This document shows positions 10,055 to 22,576 of a DNA stretch of 64,000 nt, in pieces (the stretch's first letter is position 1; every line of letters begins with the position of its first letter). Location of the stretch: NCBI GenBank assembly GCA_965205265.1, contig CBDBGH010000003.1, forward strand, positions 5,152,001-5,216,000, given 5' to 3'. The notes beneath the pieces are model-generated. The model worked only from the letters and a program-made list of their open reading frames with translations. It did no database searches and was not told the origin of the DNA. Made by a program: the position numbers and the translations under genes. Origin of the DNA: Alphaproteobacteria bacterium. Lineage in GTDB: Bacteria > Pseudomonadota > Alphaproteobacteria > Bin95.

Positions 10055-12703
10055 ATGAGAATTGTGAAGCATTGGGCGATCGCGGTCATGGCCGCCACGG
10101 CTCTGGGGCTTGCCGGCTGCGGCGGGGGCGGAAGCTCGCCGTCGACGACGACGCAGATGCCGGCGCAGACGCAGACGCCCTACCAGAAGGCGGACGCGGC
10201 CATCAAGGCGGCCACGACGGACGCTGCGGTCGACAAGGCCGTTGCCGATGCAACGGCCGGCGTTTCCGGCGAGGAGCTCGCGAAGCTTCAGGCGGCGGCT
10301 GCGGCGCGCAAGACGGTGCTGGCGACGATGGCTCGCGAGATGGATCAGAAGAAGGCGCTGATGGACGCGCTCGCCGAGGTCGACACGTCCGACCTGTCGG
10401 ACGCGGACAAGCTCGCCGCGGCCAAGGCGGCCATCGCGGCTCTCAAGGAGGCGCTGGACGATGCGGGCGACGTGAGCGATGCCAACAAGGCGACGTATCG
10501 GACGCAACTGGCCAGTGCCCAGACAGCCGTGGACCGGAAAGAGCAGATGAACGCGCTTTCGGGGGCTTCCGGAAAGCTCGACATGGCTCTTGCGGCGTTT
10601 GCGGGCGTGACGCCCACGAAGGCGCAGCTCGACGCCGCCATGGCCGCTCTCAGAGAGCTGAAAGCGGCGATCGCGGGCGCCGAGGATCTGACCGACGACG
10701 AAAAGGACCGGTATCAGGCTCAGGCGGACCGTGCGGACGCTGACGACGGGCAGATCAAGACGGCGCAGGGCCATTACCACGATCATGTTGTCAAGAACAT
10801 CGAGGGCACCCAGGTCGCGGCGGCCATGGAGGCGGTCAAGATGGTCACGAACACGTCCGGCGACGACACCGTGACGGACGCCCAGGCCGCCATCGACGCG
10901 GCCAAGGCGGAGATCGAGGGCGCAAACATCCCCGAGTCTGAAAAGGCGAAGCTTCGCTCGAAGATTGCCATGCATCAGGGCGCGCTCGACCGGGCCAAGG
11001 ACTCCCGCATGGCGGCCAAGGCCGAGGAGACCCGCATCGCCGGCGTCGTCACGACGATCACGGACGGCGAGATTAAGGCGGTCATGGACGCGATCGCCAG
11101 GATCACGTCCCTGTCCGAGGAAAGCACCGTGACCGACGTCGAAGCCGCCATCGCGGCGGCCAAGACGGCGATCGCGGACGCGAACATCCCCGAGGCCAAC
11201 AAGGAGTTGCTGCGCACGAGGCTCGCCCTGCAGGAGGACGCCTTCGGCGACGCCAAGACGGCGCGCATGGACGGGCACAGGATGGGCCGGGCGCTGTACG
11301 CGGCGATGGGTCCGTCCGATGACACAACGGCCCCGGTGAACGCGCTGAACAACCTCGCGACCGTCCCGTACTACATCACCAGTATCACCGATAGCCAGCA
11401 CGACGCCCCGGCGGAGGCGACCGGTCAGAGGGGCGAGCGGGGGGACTTCCGCATCGACCCCGCGGCCGGCGCGGGGAGCATCGCGACTGCGAACACCCAC
11501 ACCGCCGTGTACTTCAGGCACGGCGCGGAGGGGCGCCCCGGGCACGACACGACCATGGACAAGGTGGGCCGGTGGAACGTCACGCACTACGAAAGGACCA
11601 CCGGCTCCGGCAGCATGAAGGTCACCGACAAGGTCCGGGTGTACAACGACCGGCAGGGCGGCCCGCTGGAGAGATGGGGTGTCGTCCCGATGGATGCCGC
11701 GAAGTTCTTCAAGGACGACACCGACTGGATCAACAAGGGGACCTACGAGCCGTTCGTATCCGGCAACAGCGGCCCAAAACACGCGCGCAGACTGACCCTG
11801 GGCACCGGGGTCGACCGGGCGATCGCATCCGCCACGTTCGACAAGTGGACCGTCGGGATAGGGTCCGTGACCGCTCCGAAGCCGGCCGACGGGGGCGCGG
11901 AGATCAAGGTCCCCGGCACCTACTACGGCGCGCCGGGCAACTACTTCTGCCCCGCAAGCGGCACCTGCACGGTCGGGACCGGGGTCGGAGGAGGCGGGTT
12001 CGGCGGCTACTTCATGTCCGCCGACTGGTACTTCGTCCACGACGCGGGCGCGAAGGTGCTGGAAAGGGACCTCAGCTACATGTACTTCGGCTGGTGGGTG
12101 CGGAACGACGCCGACGGCATGCCGGCGGCGGTCAGCGCCTTCTACCAGTCCGTCGGCGGGGGCGTCGATCTCGCCACGGACGGCAAGAGCCTGAACGTCA
12201 ACCGAGGCAGGGCGGCGACCTATGAGGGCCCCGCGATCGGCTGGTACGCCATCAACGACCCGCTCAACGAGAAGGGCGGCGGTGGCGAGTTCACGGCGAC
12301 GGCCACGCTGAAGGCCCAGTTCGGGACCGCCAACCTGAACGCCGACACGGGCCTGACCGGCACGATCCACGACTTCAGGCTGAAAAACGGGATGAAGAAC
12401 GACTGGAGCGTGACGTTGAACAAGGCGGCCTGGACCACCGACCCCAGCTTGGCCACCGATGCCCAGAAGGGCCACATCGTCAACACGGAAAAGACGGTGT
12501 GGTCGATCAACGGCAACAAGGCGGCGCCGGCCGGGAGCTGGGTGGCCAACCTGTATGACGACAAGCCCGGCACGGTTGAGAATGGCGGCGACGGCAGCAA
12601 CCATCCGACCGCGATCATGGGCAAGTTCCAGGCCGAACACGGCGGCACCCACCGGATGGTCGGCGCCTTCGGCACGGAGCTTCAGACGCCGACGACGGAG
12701 TAG
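10055..12703 (+). CDS. Surface lipoprotein, probable Slam substrate, copy 2
   Basis: Identical to 2043-4691; lipobox LAGC. Confidence 0.85.
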   Translation: MRIVKHWAIAVMAATALGLAGCGGGGSSPSTTTQMPAQTQTPYQKADAAIKAATTDAAVDKAVADATAGVSGEELAKLQAAAAARKTVLATMAREMDQKKALMDALAEVDTSDLSDADKLAAAKAAIAALKEALDDAGDVSDANKATYRTQLASAQTAVDRKEQMNALSGASGKLDMALAAFAGVTPTKAQLDAAMAALRELKAAIAGAEDLTDDEKDRYQAQADRADADDGQIKTAQGHYHDHVVKNIEGTQVAAAMEAVKMVTNTSGDDTVTDAQAAIDAAKAEIEGANIPESEKAKLRSKIAMHQGALDRAKDSRMAAKAEETRIAGVVTTITDGEIKAVMDAIARITSLSEESTVTDVEAAIAAAKTAIADANIPEANKELLRTRLALQEDAFGDAKTARMDGHRMGRALYAAMGPSDDTTAPVNALNNLATVPYYITSITDSQHDAPAEATGQRGERGDFRIDPAAGAGSIATANTHTAVYFRHGAEGRPGHDTTMDKVGRWNVTHYERTTGSGSMKVTDKVRVYNDRQGGPLERWGVVPMDAAKFFKDDTDWINKGTYEPFVSGNSGPKHARRLTLGTGVDRAIASATFDKWTVGIGSVTAPKPADGGAEIKVPGTYYGAPGNYFCPASGTCTVGTGVGGGGFGGYFMSADWYFVHDAGAKVLERDLSYMYFGWWVRNDADGMPAAVSAFYQSVGGGVDLATDGKSLNVNRGRAATYEGPAIGWYAINDPLNEKGGGGEFTATATLKAQFGTANLNADTGLTGTIHDFRLKNGMKNDWSVTLNKAAWTTDPSLATDAQKGHIVNTEKTVWSINGNKAAPAGSWVANLYDDKPGTVENGGDGSNHPTAIMGKFQAEHGGTHRMVGAFGTELQTPTTE

Positions 12704-12834
12704 CCGCACGGGGCCGGGCTCCCGTTCATGCGGGAGGCCGGCCCGGTTCCCGGTCGTGACAAGGGTGGCGCGTTTCCTGCGCCGCCCTTCTTTTTCGATC
12801 GGGAGCCCGGACGGCAAGCGATGCGACAGACGCG

Positions 12835-14109
12835 ATGAGACCTTTCCGGTTCCTTGTTCCCGTGCTGGCGGGGCTGTCGGTCCTGCTTGTTGCGGCGCCC
12901 GTCGCGCGCCCCGCCCTGGGCCAGGATGCGACCGACATGCGCTTCCGGGCCGGGATGGAGGCGCTTGCCGCCGCCGATGCCGCACCGGACCGGGAAGCCC
13001 GCGAGGGCAGGCTCGACGAGGCGGTCGCCGCCTTCCGGGCCATCCTGGTGGACCGCCCGGAGCTGGTGCGGGTGCGTCTCGAACTCGCCCGCGCCTTCTT
13101 CCTGAAGGAGGAGGACACGCTGGCGCGGCGGCATTTCGAGCAGGTGCTGGCGGGCGACGTGCCCCCGGCGGTCGCCGCCAACATCCGGCGCTTCCTCGAC
13201 ATCATCCGCGCGCGGCGGCGCTGGGAGGCGTGGTTCGGGGCGGCCATCGTCCCGGACAGCAACCTCAACGCCGCCTCGGGCGAGCGCACGGTCTTCCTCG
13301 ACACCCCGTTCGGCCGGCTGCCTTTCACCCTGGACGATCCCGCGAAGCCCGAATCCGGCCTCGGCGTCTCCTTCTGGGGCGGCGGCGAATACCAGCATCC
13401 GCTGAACGACCGCCTGCGCCTGCGCGCCGGGGCGGACGCCAGCGTCCGGGAATACAGGGGCGGGGAGTTCGACCGGCATTTCCTTGCCGCCCATGTCGGC
13501 CCGCGCTGGCTGATCGACGCCCGCACCGAAGCGAGCCTGCTGGCGACCGCGGACCGGCAATGGACCGCCGGCCGGCCCGAGACCGACAGCGTCGGCCTGC
13601 GCCTCGAAGGCGAGCATCTGCTGACGCCGCGCCTCGCGCTCTTCGCCCGCGCCGGCGCCGCCCGGCGCAACTGCCGCGGCTGCGACTGGCTCGACGGCCC
13701 GGTGGGCGACGTCTCGCTCGGCGCCAACTGGGCCGCGCTGACCATCCTGCGCCTCGGCGGCAATGCCGGCTGGAGCTGGGCCCGCGCCAGGGCCGAACAC
13801 TGGCGCAACAGCGGCCCGCGGGCGAGCCTCGGCGCCACGCTGGCGCTGCCGGCCGGCTTCACGCTCGGCCTGCGCGCCGCCCTGCAGCGCACCGACTATG
13901 AGGGCGGCGGCGCCGCCCACCGCACCATCGACCGCAAGCCGCGCCGGGACGACACGCGGACCCTCTCGGTCTCGGTCCACAACCGCGCCGTGACCGTGCT
14001 CGGCTTCAGCCCCCGCCTCTCCCTCATCCGCGAGGAGCGCAAGACCAACGCCCAGGCCCTCGACTACCGGCGCAACCGCGCCGAACTCAGCTTCGTGCGC
14101 CAGTTCTGA
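12835..14109 (+). CDS. Slam / DUF560 surface-lipoprotein assembly modulator (type XI secretion), intact
   Basis: Signal peptide; TPR-like RVRLELARAFF; barrel region opening with PDSNLN; C-terminal SFVRQF with terminal Phe. Confidence 0.85.
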   Translation: MRPFRFLVPVLAGLSVLLVAAPVARPALGQDATDMRFRAGMEALAAADAAPDREAREGRLDEAVAAFRAILVDRPELVRVRLELARAFFLKEEDTLARRHFEQVLAGDVPPAVAANIRRFLDIIRARRRWEAWFGAAIVPDSNLNAASGERTVFLDTPFGRLPFTLDDPAKPESGLGVSFWGGGEYQHPLNDRLRLRAGADASVREYRGGEFDRHFLAAHVGPRWLIDARTEASLLATADRQWTAGRPETDSVGLRLEGEHLLTPRLALFARAGAARRNCRGCDWLDGPVGDVSLGANWAALTILRLGGNAGWSWARARAEHWRNSGPRASLGATLALPAGFTLGLRAALQRTDYEGGGAAHRTIDRKPRRDDTRTLSVSVHNRAVTVLGFSPRLSLIREERKTNAQALDYRRNRAELSFVRQF

Positions 14110-15069
14110 ACGAACCCGGCCGCGGCGCGCCGAAAGGGGCCGGCCGTCCGGAAAGGGTGGACCCGACCCGCAGGACATGCCACAACGTGTCCTGGACAGG
14201 GCCCCGGGCTCGCGGGCAGGAGGACAAGGAAGCGGCAGGCGGGAAGACCGGAAACCGTTGCAAAACAAGGGTTCCCCGGCAACCTCCCGCAACGCCAACC
14301 GGAAAGCGAAAAGGCATCACAGATGCGTCGGGTGTGACGAACCATGAACCCGACGGGGGTCAGGATGGTCGGGATTTCCCTGCACACCGTCACCGCCTGA
14401 AGCGCCGGCATCACAAAGGATTGAAGCCGTCGCGGCGATTGAGCGAAACAACCGGGCCGCAGTCTGCGAGCGCGTTCCACGTTGCCGTTCGCGAACCGCG
14501 GTAACGGAACGGGTCTCGCGGCGCTGCGGCGCGCCGTTCGTCACACCGTGCGCACCAGGCGCCGGCACGGGCGGGACCTGTTCCCGCAGCGCAGGGCGTT
14601 CGTCCCACATGGTCCATGTCTCCAGGGATCGCGTTTCACATGTTCCACAGCGCAGCAGTGAACGGCGGCAGCGACAGCATTGCCGGCTGTCGGTGATTAT
14701 CATAAAGGGCGCATATTTGCTGGCGTAGCGCGCTTTTGTGGTGCGCACGACAAACAGCGTGAGACAGGCGCGGCCGGGTTTATGACGGGGGCCGAGGACG
14801 GAAGGAGGGCGTAGCCCGACCGGAGTCCTCGGCCCCCGTCGCGTTGAGATTTTCGCCTCCCGGAGGGCGGCGACGTCCTGGCGACCGGGTTGGCCGTTCC
14901 CGGGCTGCGGCAGGGGGTAGACTGGGGCTTCTGAGAACGATGCGGCGCCGGCCCCGTTGGCTTGGTGGCAACGACCGGCGCCGCACCCCCCGAGCCATGC
15001 AAGGCGCGGCCCGGAAGCGCAGTATCGTGCGCGTCCGGGCGTGGGTCCACCCCGTTCTCATCGGTCGCG

Positions 15070-15504
15070 ATGAGGAACGCCGCCCGCCTGTTCACCTGCG
15101 CCCTGTGCCGCCGCCAGGTGGTTCTCTGCCGGCGCTGCGACTCTGGCCATATCTACTGTTCGCCGCGTTGCAGCGGGCGGGCGCGGCGTCGGTCGGTGCG
15201 CCTTGCGGGGCAGCGCTACCAGAACAGCCGCCGGGGCCGTCACAAGCATGCCGAGCGCCAGCGGCGCTACCGCGAACGGCGCCGTGTGCGGCAGCCGGCA
15301 GTTCGGGCCATCGCGCAGAAAGTGACGCATCACCCTTTGACCGTCGCGCGCCGGCGTCCTGATGTGGCGCGCATACCGGCGGGGCGGTCCGGAACCCGGC
15401 CCTTCGGGCCCGACCGTCCCGCCCGGGTGTTCCGCTGCGAGCGCTGCGGTCGGTTCTGCGGCCTGGCGGTCTATCCGGGCCTGCGCCAGGCGCGAAGGGA
15501 GTGA
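15070..15504 (+). CDS. Small basic Cys-rich (putative Zn-binding) IS-associated protein
   Basis: CALC, CRRC, CSPRC and CERCGRFC motifs; stop 1 nt before the istA ATG; start uncertain. Confidence 0.55.
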   Translation: MRNAARLFTCALCRRQVVLCRRCDSGHIYCSPRCSGRARRRSVRLAGQRYQNSRRGRHKHAERQRRYRERRRVRQPAVRAIAQKVTHHPLTVARRRPDVARIPAGRSGTRPFGPDRPARVFRCERCGRFCGLAVYPGLRQARRE

Positions 15505-15505
15505 G

Positions 15506-17011
15506 ATGGCGATCGACAAGCAGACCCGTGCCGAGATCCAGCGGCTGTATTTTGCCGAGAAGTGGAGGATCGGCACGATCGCGCGCCAGCTCGGCGTCCA
15601 CCACGGCACGGTCGAGCGCGCGGTAGCGGCCGCCGGGGCGCCCGCGCGTGAGAGGCGGCGCAGGGCTTCGATGATCGATCCGTTCCGGCCCTTCATCCGC
15701 CAGACCCTGGCGGTCTGGCCCAGGCTGCCAGCCAGCCGGCTCTACCAGATGGCGGTCGAGCGCGGCTACCGGGGCAGCCAGAGCCACTTCCGGCGCATGA
15801 TCGCGCCGGAGCGCCCGCGGCCTGTGGCCGAGGCCTATCTGCGCCTCAAGACCCTGCCCGGCGAGCTGGCCCAGGTGGACTGGGCCCACTTCGGCAAGGT
15901 GAGGATCGGGCGCGCGGAGCGCCCGCTGATGGGCTTCGTGATGGTGCTGAGCTACTCGCGCCGCATCTTCCTGCACTTCTACCTCAATGCCGCGATGGAC
16001 AACTTCCTGCGCGGCCATGTCGAGGCCTTCGAGGCCTGGCAGGGCGTGCCCCGCGAGCTATGGTACGACAACCTGAAGAGCGTCGTGCTGGAGCGCCAGG
16101 GCGACGCCATCCGGTTCAACCCCCGGCTCCTCGACTTCGCCGCCCGCTACCGCTTCCTGCCCAAGCCGGTCGCGGTCGCGCGCGGCAACGAGAAGGGGCG
16201 CGTGGAGCGCGCCATACGCTATGTGCGCGACAACTTCTTCGCCGCCCGCGCCTGGCGCGACCTCGACGACCTGAACGCCCGGGCCCGCGCCTGGTGCGAC
16301 GGCGTCGCCGCCGACCGTCGCTGGCCGGACGACCGCTCCCTCACCGTGCGCGAGGCCTTCGAGCGCGAGCGCGGCTCCCTGATGGCGCTGCCCGACGACC
16401 GGCCCCCCGTCGACGAGAGGGTCGAGGTCAGGATCGGCAAGACCCCCTACGCCAGGTTCGACCTCAATGACTATAGCGTCCCGCATACCCATACGCGGCG
16501 CACCCTCACCGTGGTCGCGACACTGGAGGAGGTACGCATCCTCGACGGCGCCGACACCGTCGCCCGTCATCCGCGCAGCTTCGACAAGGCGGCCCGCATC
16601 GAGACCCCCGAGCACATCGAGGAGCTGGTCAGGCTCAAACGTCACGCCCACCGCCTGCGCGGGCAGAGCCGCCTTCTCCAGGCCGCCCCCGACAGCGAGC
16701 GCCTGCTTGCCGAGACCGCCAGGCGCGGCGGCAATATCGGCACAACCGTCGCCTCCCTGCTGCGCCTGCTCGACGACTACGGAGCCGTCGAACTCGAAGC
16801 CGCCATCGATGAAGCCCTTGAGCGCGGCGTCCCCCATCCCAATGCGGTGCGCTTCAGCCTGAACCGGCGGCGCGAACAGCGCAACGAGCCACCACCCATC
16901 CCCATCGACCTGCCCGGCGATCCAAGACTGCGCGATATCGCGGTCCGCGATCACGACCTCGGCGGATACGACGGGCTCGCAAGCCACCACGAGGAGGACA
17001 GCGAAGAATGA
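15506..17011 (+). CDS. istA: IS21 transposase IstA
   Basis: N-terminal HTH; PGELAQVDW, YDNLKS, NEKGRVER DDE motifs. Confidence 0.93.
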   Translation: MAIDKQTRAEIQRLYFAEKWRIGTIARQLGVHHGTVERAVAAAGAPARERRRRASMIDPFRPFIRQTLAVWPRLPASRLYQMAVERGYRGSQSHFRRMIAPERPRPVAEAYLRLKTLPGELAQVDWAHFGKVRIGRAERPLMGFVMVLSYSRRIFLHFYLNAAMDNFLRGHVEAFEAWQGVPRELWYDNLKSVVLERQGDAIRFNPRLLDFAARYRFLPKPVAVARGNEKGRVERAIRYVRDNFFAARAWRDLDDLNARARAWCDGVAADRRWPDDRSLTVREAFERERGSLMALPDDRPPVDERVEVRIGKTPYARFDLNDYSVPHTHTRRTLTVVATLEEVRILDGADTVARHPRSFDKAARIETPEHIEELVRLKRHAHRLRGQSRLLQAAPDSERLLAETARRGGNIGTTVASLLRLLDDYGAVELEAAIDEALERGVPHPNAVRFSLNRRREQRNEPPPIPIDLPGDPRLRDIAVRDHDLGGYDGLASHHEEDSEE

Positions 17012-17793
17012 CCCTCAAGGACCGCGCCACGGCGCTCGGACTGCACGGCCTCCTCGCCCACTGGAGCGAGGTTGCGGAGCGCGACTGGCTCCCGCCCCTG
17101 ATCGCATGGGAAGAGGAAGAGAGGCGAAGCCGAAGCCTCAGGCGACGCCTCACCGCCGCCCGCCTCGGACAGTTCAAGCCGCTCGCCGACTTCGACTGGG
17201 ACTGGCCAAGGCGATGCGACCGCATGGCCGTCGAGGACCTCATGACCCTCAACTTCCTCCGCGAGGGCGCCAATGTCGTCCTCATCGGCCCCAACGGCGT
17301 CGGCAAGTCCACAATCGCCGCCAATATCGCACACCGCGCCGTCCTCGAAGGCCACACCGTGCGCTTCGCAACCGCCGCCAGCCTGCTCGGCGAGCTCGCC
17401 GCCATCGACTCCGACACAATGCTCCAGCGCAGGCTGCGCTTCTACGCCCGCCAGCACCTCCTGGTCATCGACGAAGTCGGATATCTCTCCTACTCCAACC
17501 GTCATGCCGACCTGCTGTTCAATATCGTCTCAAGCCGCAGCCAGCAGCGCTCCACCATCATCACCACAAACCGCCCCTTCGCCGAGTGGAGCGAGGCCTT
17601 CCCCAACGCCGCCTGCCTCGTGGCCCTTGTCGACCGGCTCGTCCACAATGCCGAGATCCTCGCCATCGACGGCGACTCATACCGCCGCAAGGAGGCCGAG
17701 GAACGCCAGAAGCAGCGCAGCGCCGATCGCCGCCGGCGGCGATCGGCAAAAGGAGCGGGCAAGAGCACGGCGCAAGACACGGGGGATGCCTGA
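17008..17793 (+). CDS. istB: IS21 helper ATPase IstB
   Basis: Walker A GPNGVGKS, Walker [23 protein letters not shown]. Confidence 0.95.
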   Translation: MTLKDRATALGLHGLLAHWSEVAERDWLPPLIAWEEEERRSRSLRRRLTAARLGQFKPLADFDWDWPRRCDRMAVEDLMTLNFLREGANVVLIGPNGVGKSTIAANIAHRAVLEGHTVRFATAASLLGELAAIDSDTMLQRRLRFYARQHLLVIDEVGYLSYSNRHADLLFNIVSSRSQQRSTIITTNRPFAEWSEAFPNAACLVALVDRLVHNAEILAIDGDSYRRKEAEERQKQRSADRRRRRSAKGAGKSTAQDTGDA

Positions 17794-18679
17794 GCCAGCC
17801 GTGCAGCATCTGCATCCATGGGATCGCCGCCTGCGGGCCGAGGGGCTGCGAAGCTGCCCCCTCGAAGACGTGGTCCACGCCCTCGGCTATCGCCGCGATC
17901 CCGCCGATGCCGCGCGCTGGAGACGAGCCGGTTCGGTCCTCTCCATCAACCGCTTCATGTTCTACGACCATCTGCGCGGAGAGGGAGGCGCCGGGGCCAT
18001 CCAGCTGGCGGTTCATGCGCTCGGATGCCCAACGACCGAAGCCCTCGACTTCCTCGCCCAACTGCCGCGCCACTCACGGCTCCCGAACAGTCGCTGTGAG
18101 GCGGAGCCCTCGTGCCAGGACCCTCGCTGGCCGGCGCTGCGGCAATACCTCATCGAGCAGCGCGGCCTCGCCGACGCGCTCGTCGAGCTATGCCGAGGCC
18201 TCGGCCTGATCCGTGCCGACCGGCGCGGCAATCCCGTGTTCCTCCGCCGAAACGCCGCCAGCAAGGTGGTCGGCATAGAGACCCTCCCCGCAGCGCAGGA
18301 GCCGGCCGCAGACGGCGGCTTCTGGATGTCATGGGAGCCCGACTGGCCCGGCACCGTCATCCTCACCGGCAGCGCCCTCGACGCCCTGTCGATCCTCTCC
18401 CTCCACCTCGTCCCGGAAAAACGCAGCAAATGCGCCGTCGTCTCCACCGGCGCCATCACGGCCAGAATCCCCAAATGGGTCGAGGCCTGGAACCCGCGCC
18501 GTATCTTCTGTGCCTGGGACGCTACACGATACGGCGATCACGCCGCCCGCCGCATGCAAGACAACGACACAAGAATCGTCCGAATGCGACCGGCCCTCGA
18601 AAACCAGGACTGGAACGACATGCTCATCCGTGACCGCGACGGCGAGCCGCTCGAAACCGATGACCGCCCAATCAGATGA
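17786..18679 (+). CDS. Primase-like (DUF3991/TOPRIM-like) passenger protein
   Basis: [28 protein letters not shown] patterns; overlaps the istB stop; inside the IRs. Confidence 0.6.
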   Translation: MPEPAVQHLHPWDRRLRAEGLRSCPLEDVVHALGYRRDPADAARWRRAGSVLSINRFMFYDHLRGEGGAGAIQLAVHALGCPTTEALDFLAQLPRHSRLPNSRCEAEPSCQDPRWPALRQYLIEQRGLADALVELCRGLGLIRADRRGNPVFLRRNAASKVVGIETLPAAQEPAADGGFWMSWEPDWPGTVILTGSALDALSILSLHLVPEKRSKCAVVSTGAITARIPKWVEAWNPRRIFCAWDATRYGDHAARRMQDNDTRIVRMRPALENQDWNDMLIRDRDGEPLETDDRPIR

Positions 18680-18773
18680 ACGCAACACCTAACCCATGCG
18701 ACGCTGCTCGCAAGCCGCACAAACCGGCCGTTCCGCGCCAGCAAATAAACGCCCTTCCTAACCGTCGCTAACA

Positions 18774-18894
18774 TCCGGGAACGGTAACGGCGGACCGCGT
18801 CCAGGCCTGCCCCTGTCGGCGGTGGCGGATTGCCGAGAGCTTCCAGCAAGGCCCTGCTGTCCTGTTCCGACAGCGTCGTGGTCCGATCCGGCAT
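18774..18894 (-). pseudogene. Fragment resembling the C-terminus of a DUF1778/TacA-type antitoxin
   Basis: TLSEQDSRALLEALGNPPPPT; cut by the IS end at 18773. Confidence 0.4.
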
Positions 18895-19322
18895 TTCGTC
18901 GTTTACGGCCGTCTTCCTCTCCGAGGACAATTCGGTTTCTCCTGTGTGTCCCGACCATGTGTCGACTCTCGGATGTGCGCAATCATGCAGGTCAGCCGAT
19001 GCTGGCGTTGCATGGTCCCGTAATCGCAAGTCCCATGGGATTGTTCCAGTCGTACCGGCGCTGCGGCGGCGGCATGGACTGCTCGGCTGGAAAACGGCCC
19101 AAACGGGAAAGTCGCAGAGACTCCTCATACTGCCCGGATGGAGTTCGACAGACGGGCCGGCACGACTGCGGCCGATGGTGCGGATGCCGGGGGACGGTGA
19201 AGCCGTCATCGGCGAGAGCGGGAATGCGGAGGCGGTGCGCCGGGCTCTCGCGGCCGCGGCGGCGGACGCCGCCTTGCCCCCGTGCTCGGCGCTGCCACGC
19301 GTGAGTTCGCCCGCAGCGTCTT

Positions 19323-19337
19323 GATTGCACCGCAATC
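19323..19337. promoter_or_regulatory. Inverted repeat, putative toxin-antitoxin operator
   Basis: GATTGC-ACC-GCAATC about 40 nt upstream of the RHH antitoxin. Confidence 0.45.
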
Positions 19338-19378
19338 GCTGCGTAGACTGGTCTGCCGGAAGAACGGAGGACGGCGGC

Positions 19379-19621
19379 ATGGCGAGCATCACGATCCGCA
19401 ATCTCGACGACGAGGTGAAGACGCGCCTGCGCGTGCGGGCGGCCGAGCACCACCGCTCCATGGAAGAGGAAGCGCGGCTGATCCTGCGCGAGGCTGTCGA
19501 TCGCGGGCGGGAGACGAGGAACCTCGCGGAGATTGCCCGCTCGCATTTCGGGCCGGACAACGGGGTGGACCTGGAACTGCCGCCGCGCGAACCCGGACGC
19601 GAACCGCCGTCCTTCGATTGA
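19379..19621 (+). CDS. FitA-like ribbon-helix-helix antitoxin
   Basis: MASITIRNLDDEVKTRLRVRAAEHHRSMEEEAR; GGAGG RBS. Confidence 0.9.
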   Translation: MASITIRNLDDEVKTRLRVRAAEHHRSMEEEARLILREAVDRGRETRNLAEIARSHFGPDNGVDLELPPREPGREPPSFD

Positions 19622-19631
19622 GCGCGGCGCA

Positions 19632-19786
19632 ATGTCCCTGCTGGTCGATACGAACGTGGTGTCGGAGTTGATCCGCCGGTCGCCCGATCCGGCGGTGGCA
19701 GGCTGGGTCGCCGCCCGCCCGCTGCACGAGCTTTTCTTCTCTGCCGTCGGCGAGGCGGAGTTGCGCTACGGCGCCGCGATCCTGGC
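19632..19786 (+). pseudogene. vapC: VapC/FitB PIN toxin truncated by IS
   Basis: LLVDTNVVSEL...AELRYG; the frame runs into the IS end at 19787. Confidence 0.85.
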
Positions 19787-20047
19787 TATAGCGCGACAAT
19801 CTGGGTGAGAGCCGCGCGTCAATCAGGATGAGATTCCCCGGCGGCATCGGCGAGTTGATGATTGTCGCGCGGGGCGCGGATTGCAAGCGGTTTCGGATTT
19901 TGATTGTCGCGGCGCGACAAACAGGGTTTTCGGAGAGCGTTTTGATTGTCGCGGGGGGGCCGTCGGGTCGGAGAAGAGACGGCCCGCGGAGGCGATTCCC
20001 GCGGGCTGTGAGTGTTGTGGCCGCTGGGCCGATCTGGCGGCAGCGGT

Positions 20048-22395
<2,348 letters not shown>

Positions 22396-22576
22396 CTACT
22401 CGGAAAAACGTCACCGTTCGCCCAGCCGACCGACCCCGCCAGAAGGTCCAGGAAAAATTTTTGAGGCGGCGGCCCGGAACTCCGGTCGGGCTACGCCCTC
22501 CCTCCGTTCCGGGCCGCCGCCTTCCCCCGTCTCATCCTGATTGTCGCCAGCGTCTCAAGCTGATTGTCGCGCCGCA

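Larger units (their letters stand above)
9505..13987. repeat. Right arm of the inverted duplication (partner 759-5241)
   Basis: Mirror-identical ORFs. Confidence 0.95.
14688..18773 (+). mobile_element. IS21-family element (~4.1 kb) with two passenger ORFs
   Basis: Imperfect terminal IRs TGTCGGTGATTATCATAAAGGGCGCATATTTGCTGGCG and rc TGTTAGCGACGGTTAGGAAGGGCGTTTATTTGCTGGCG; istA-istB core. Confidence 0.88.
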
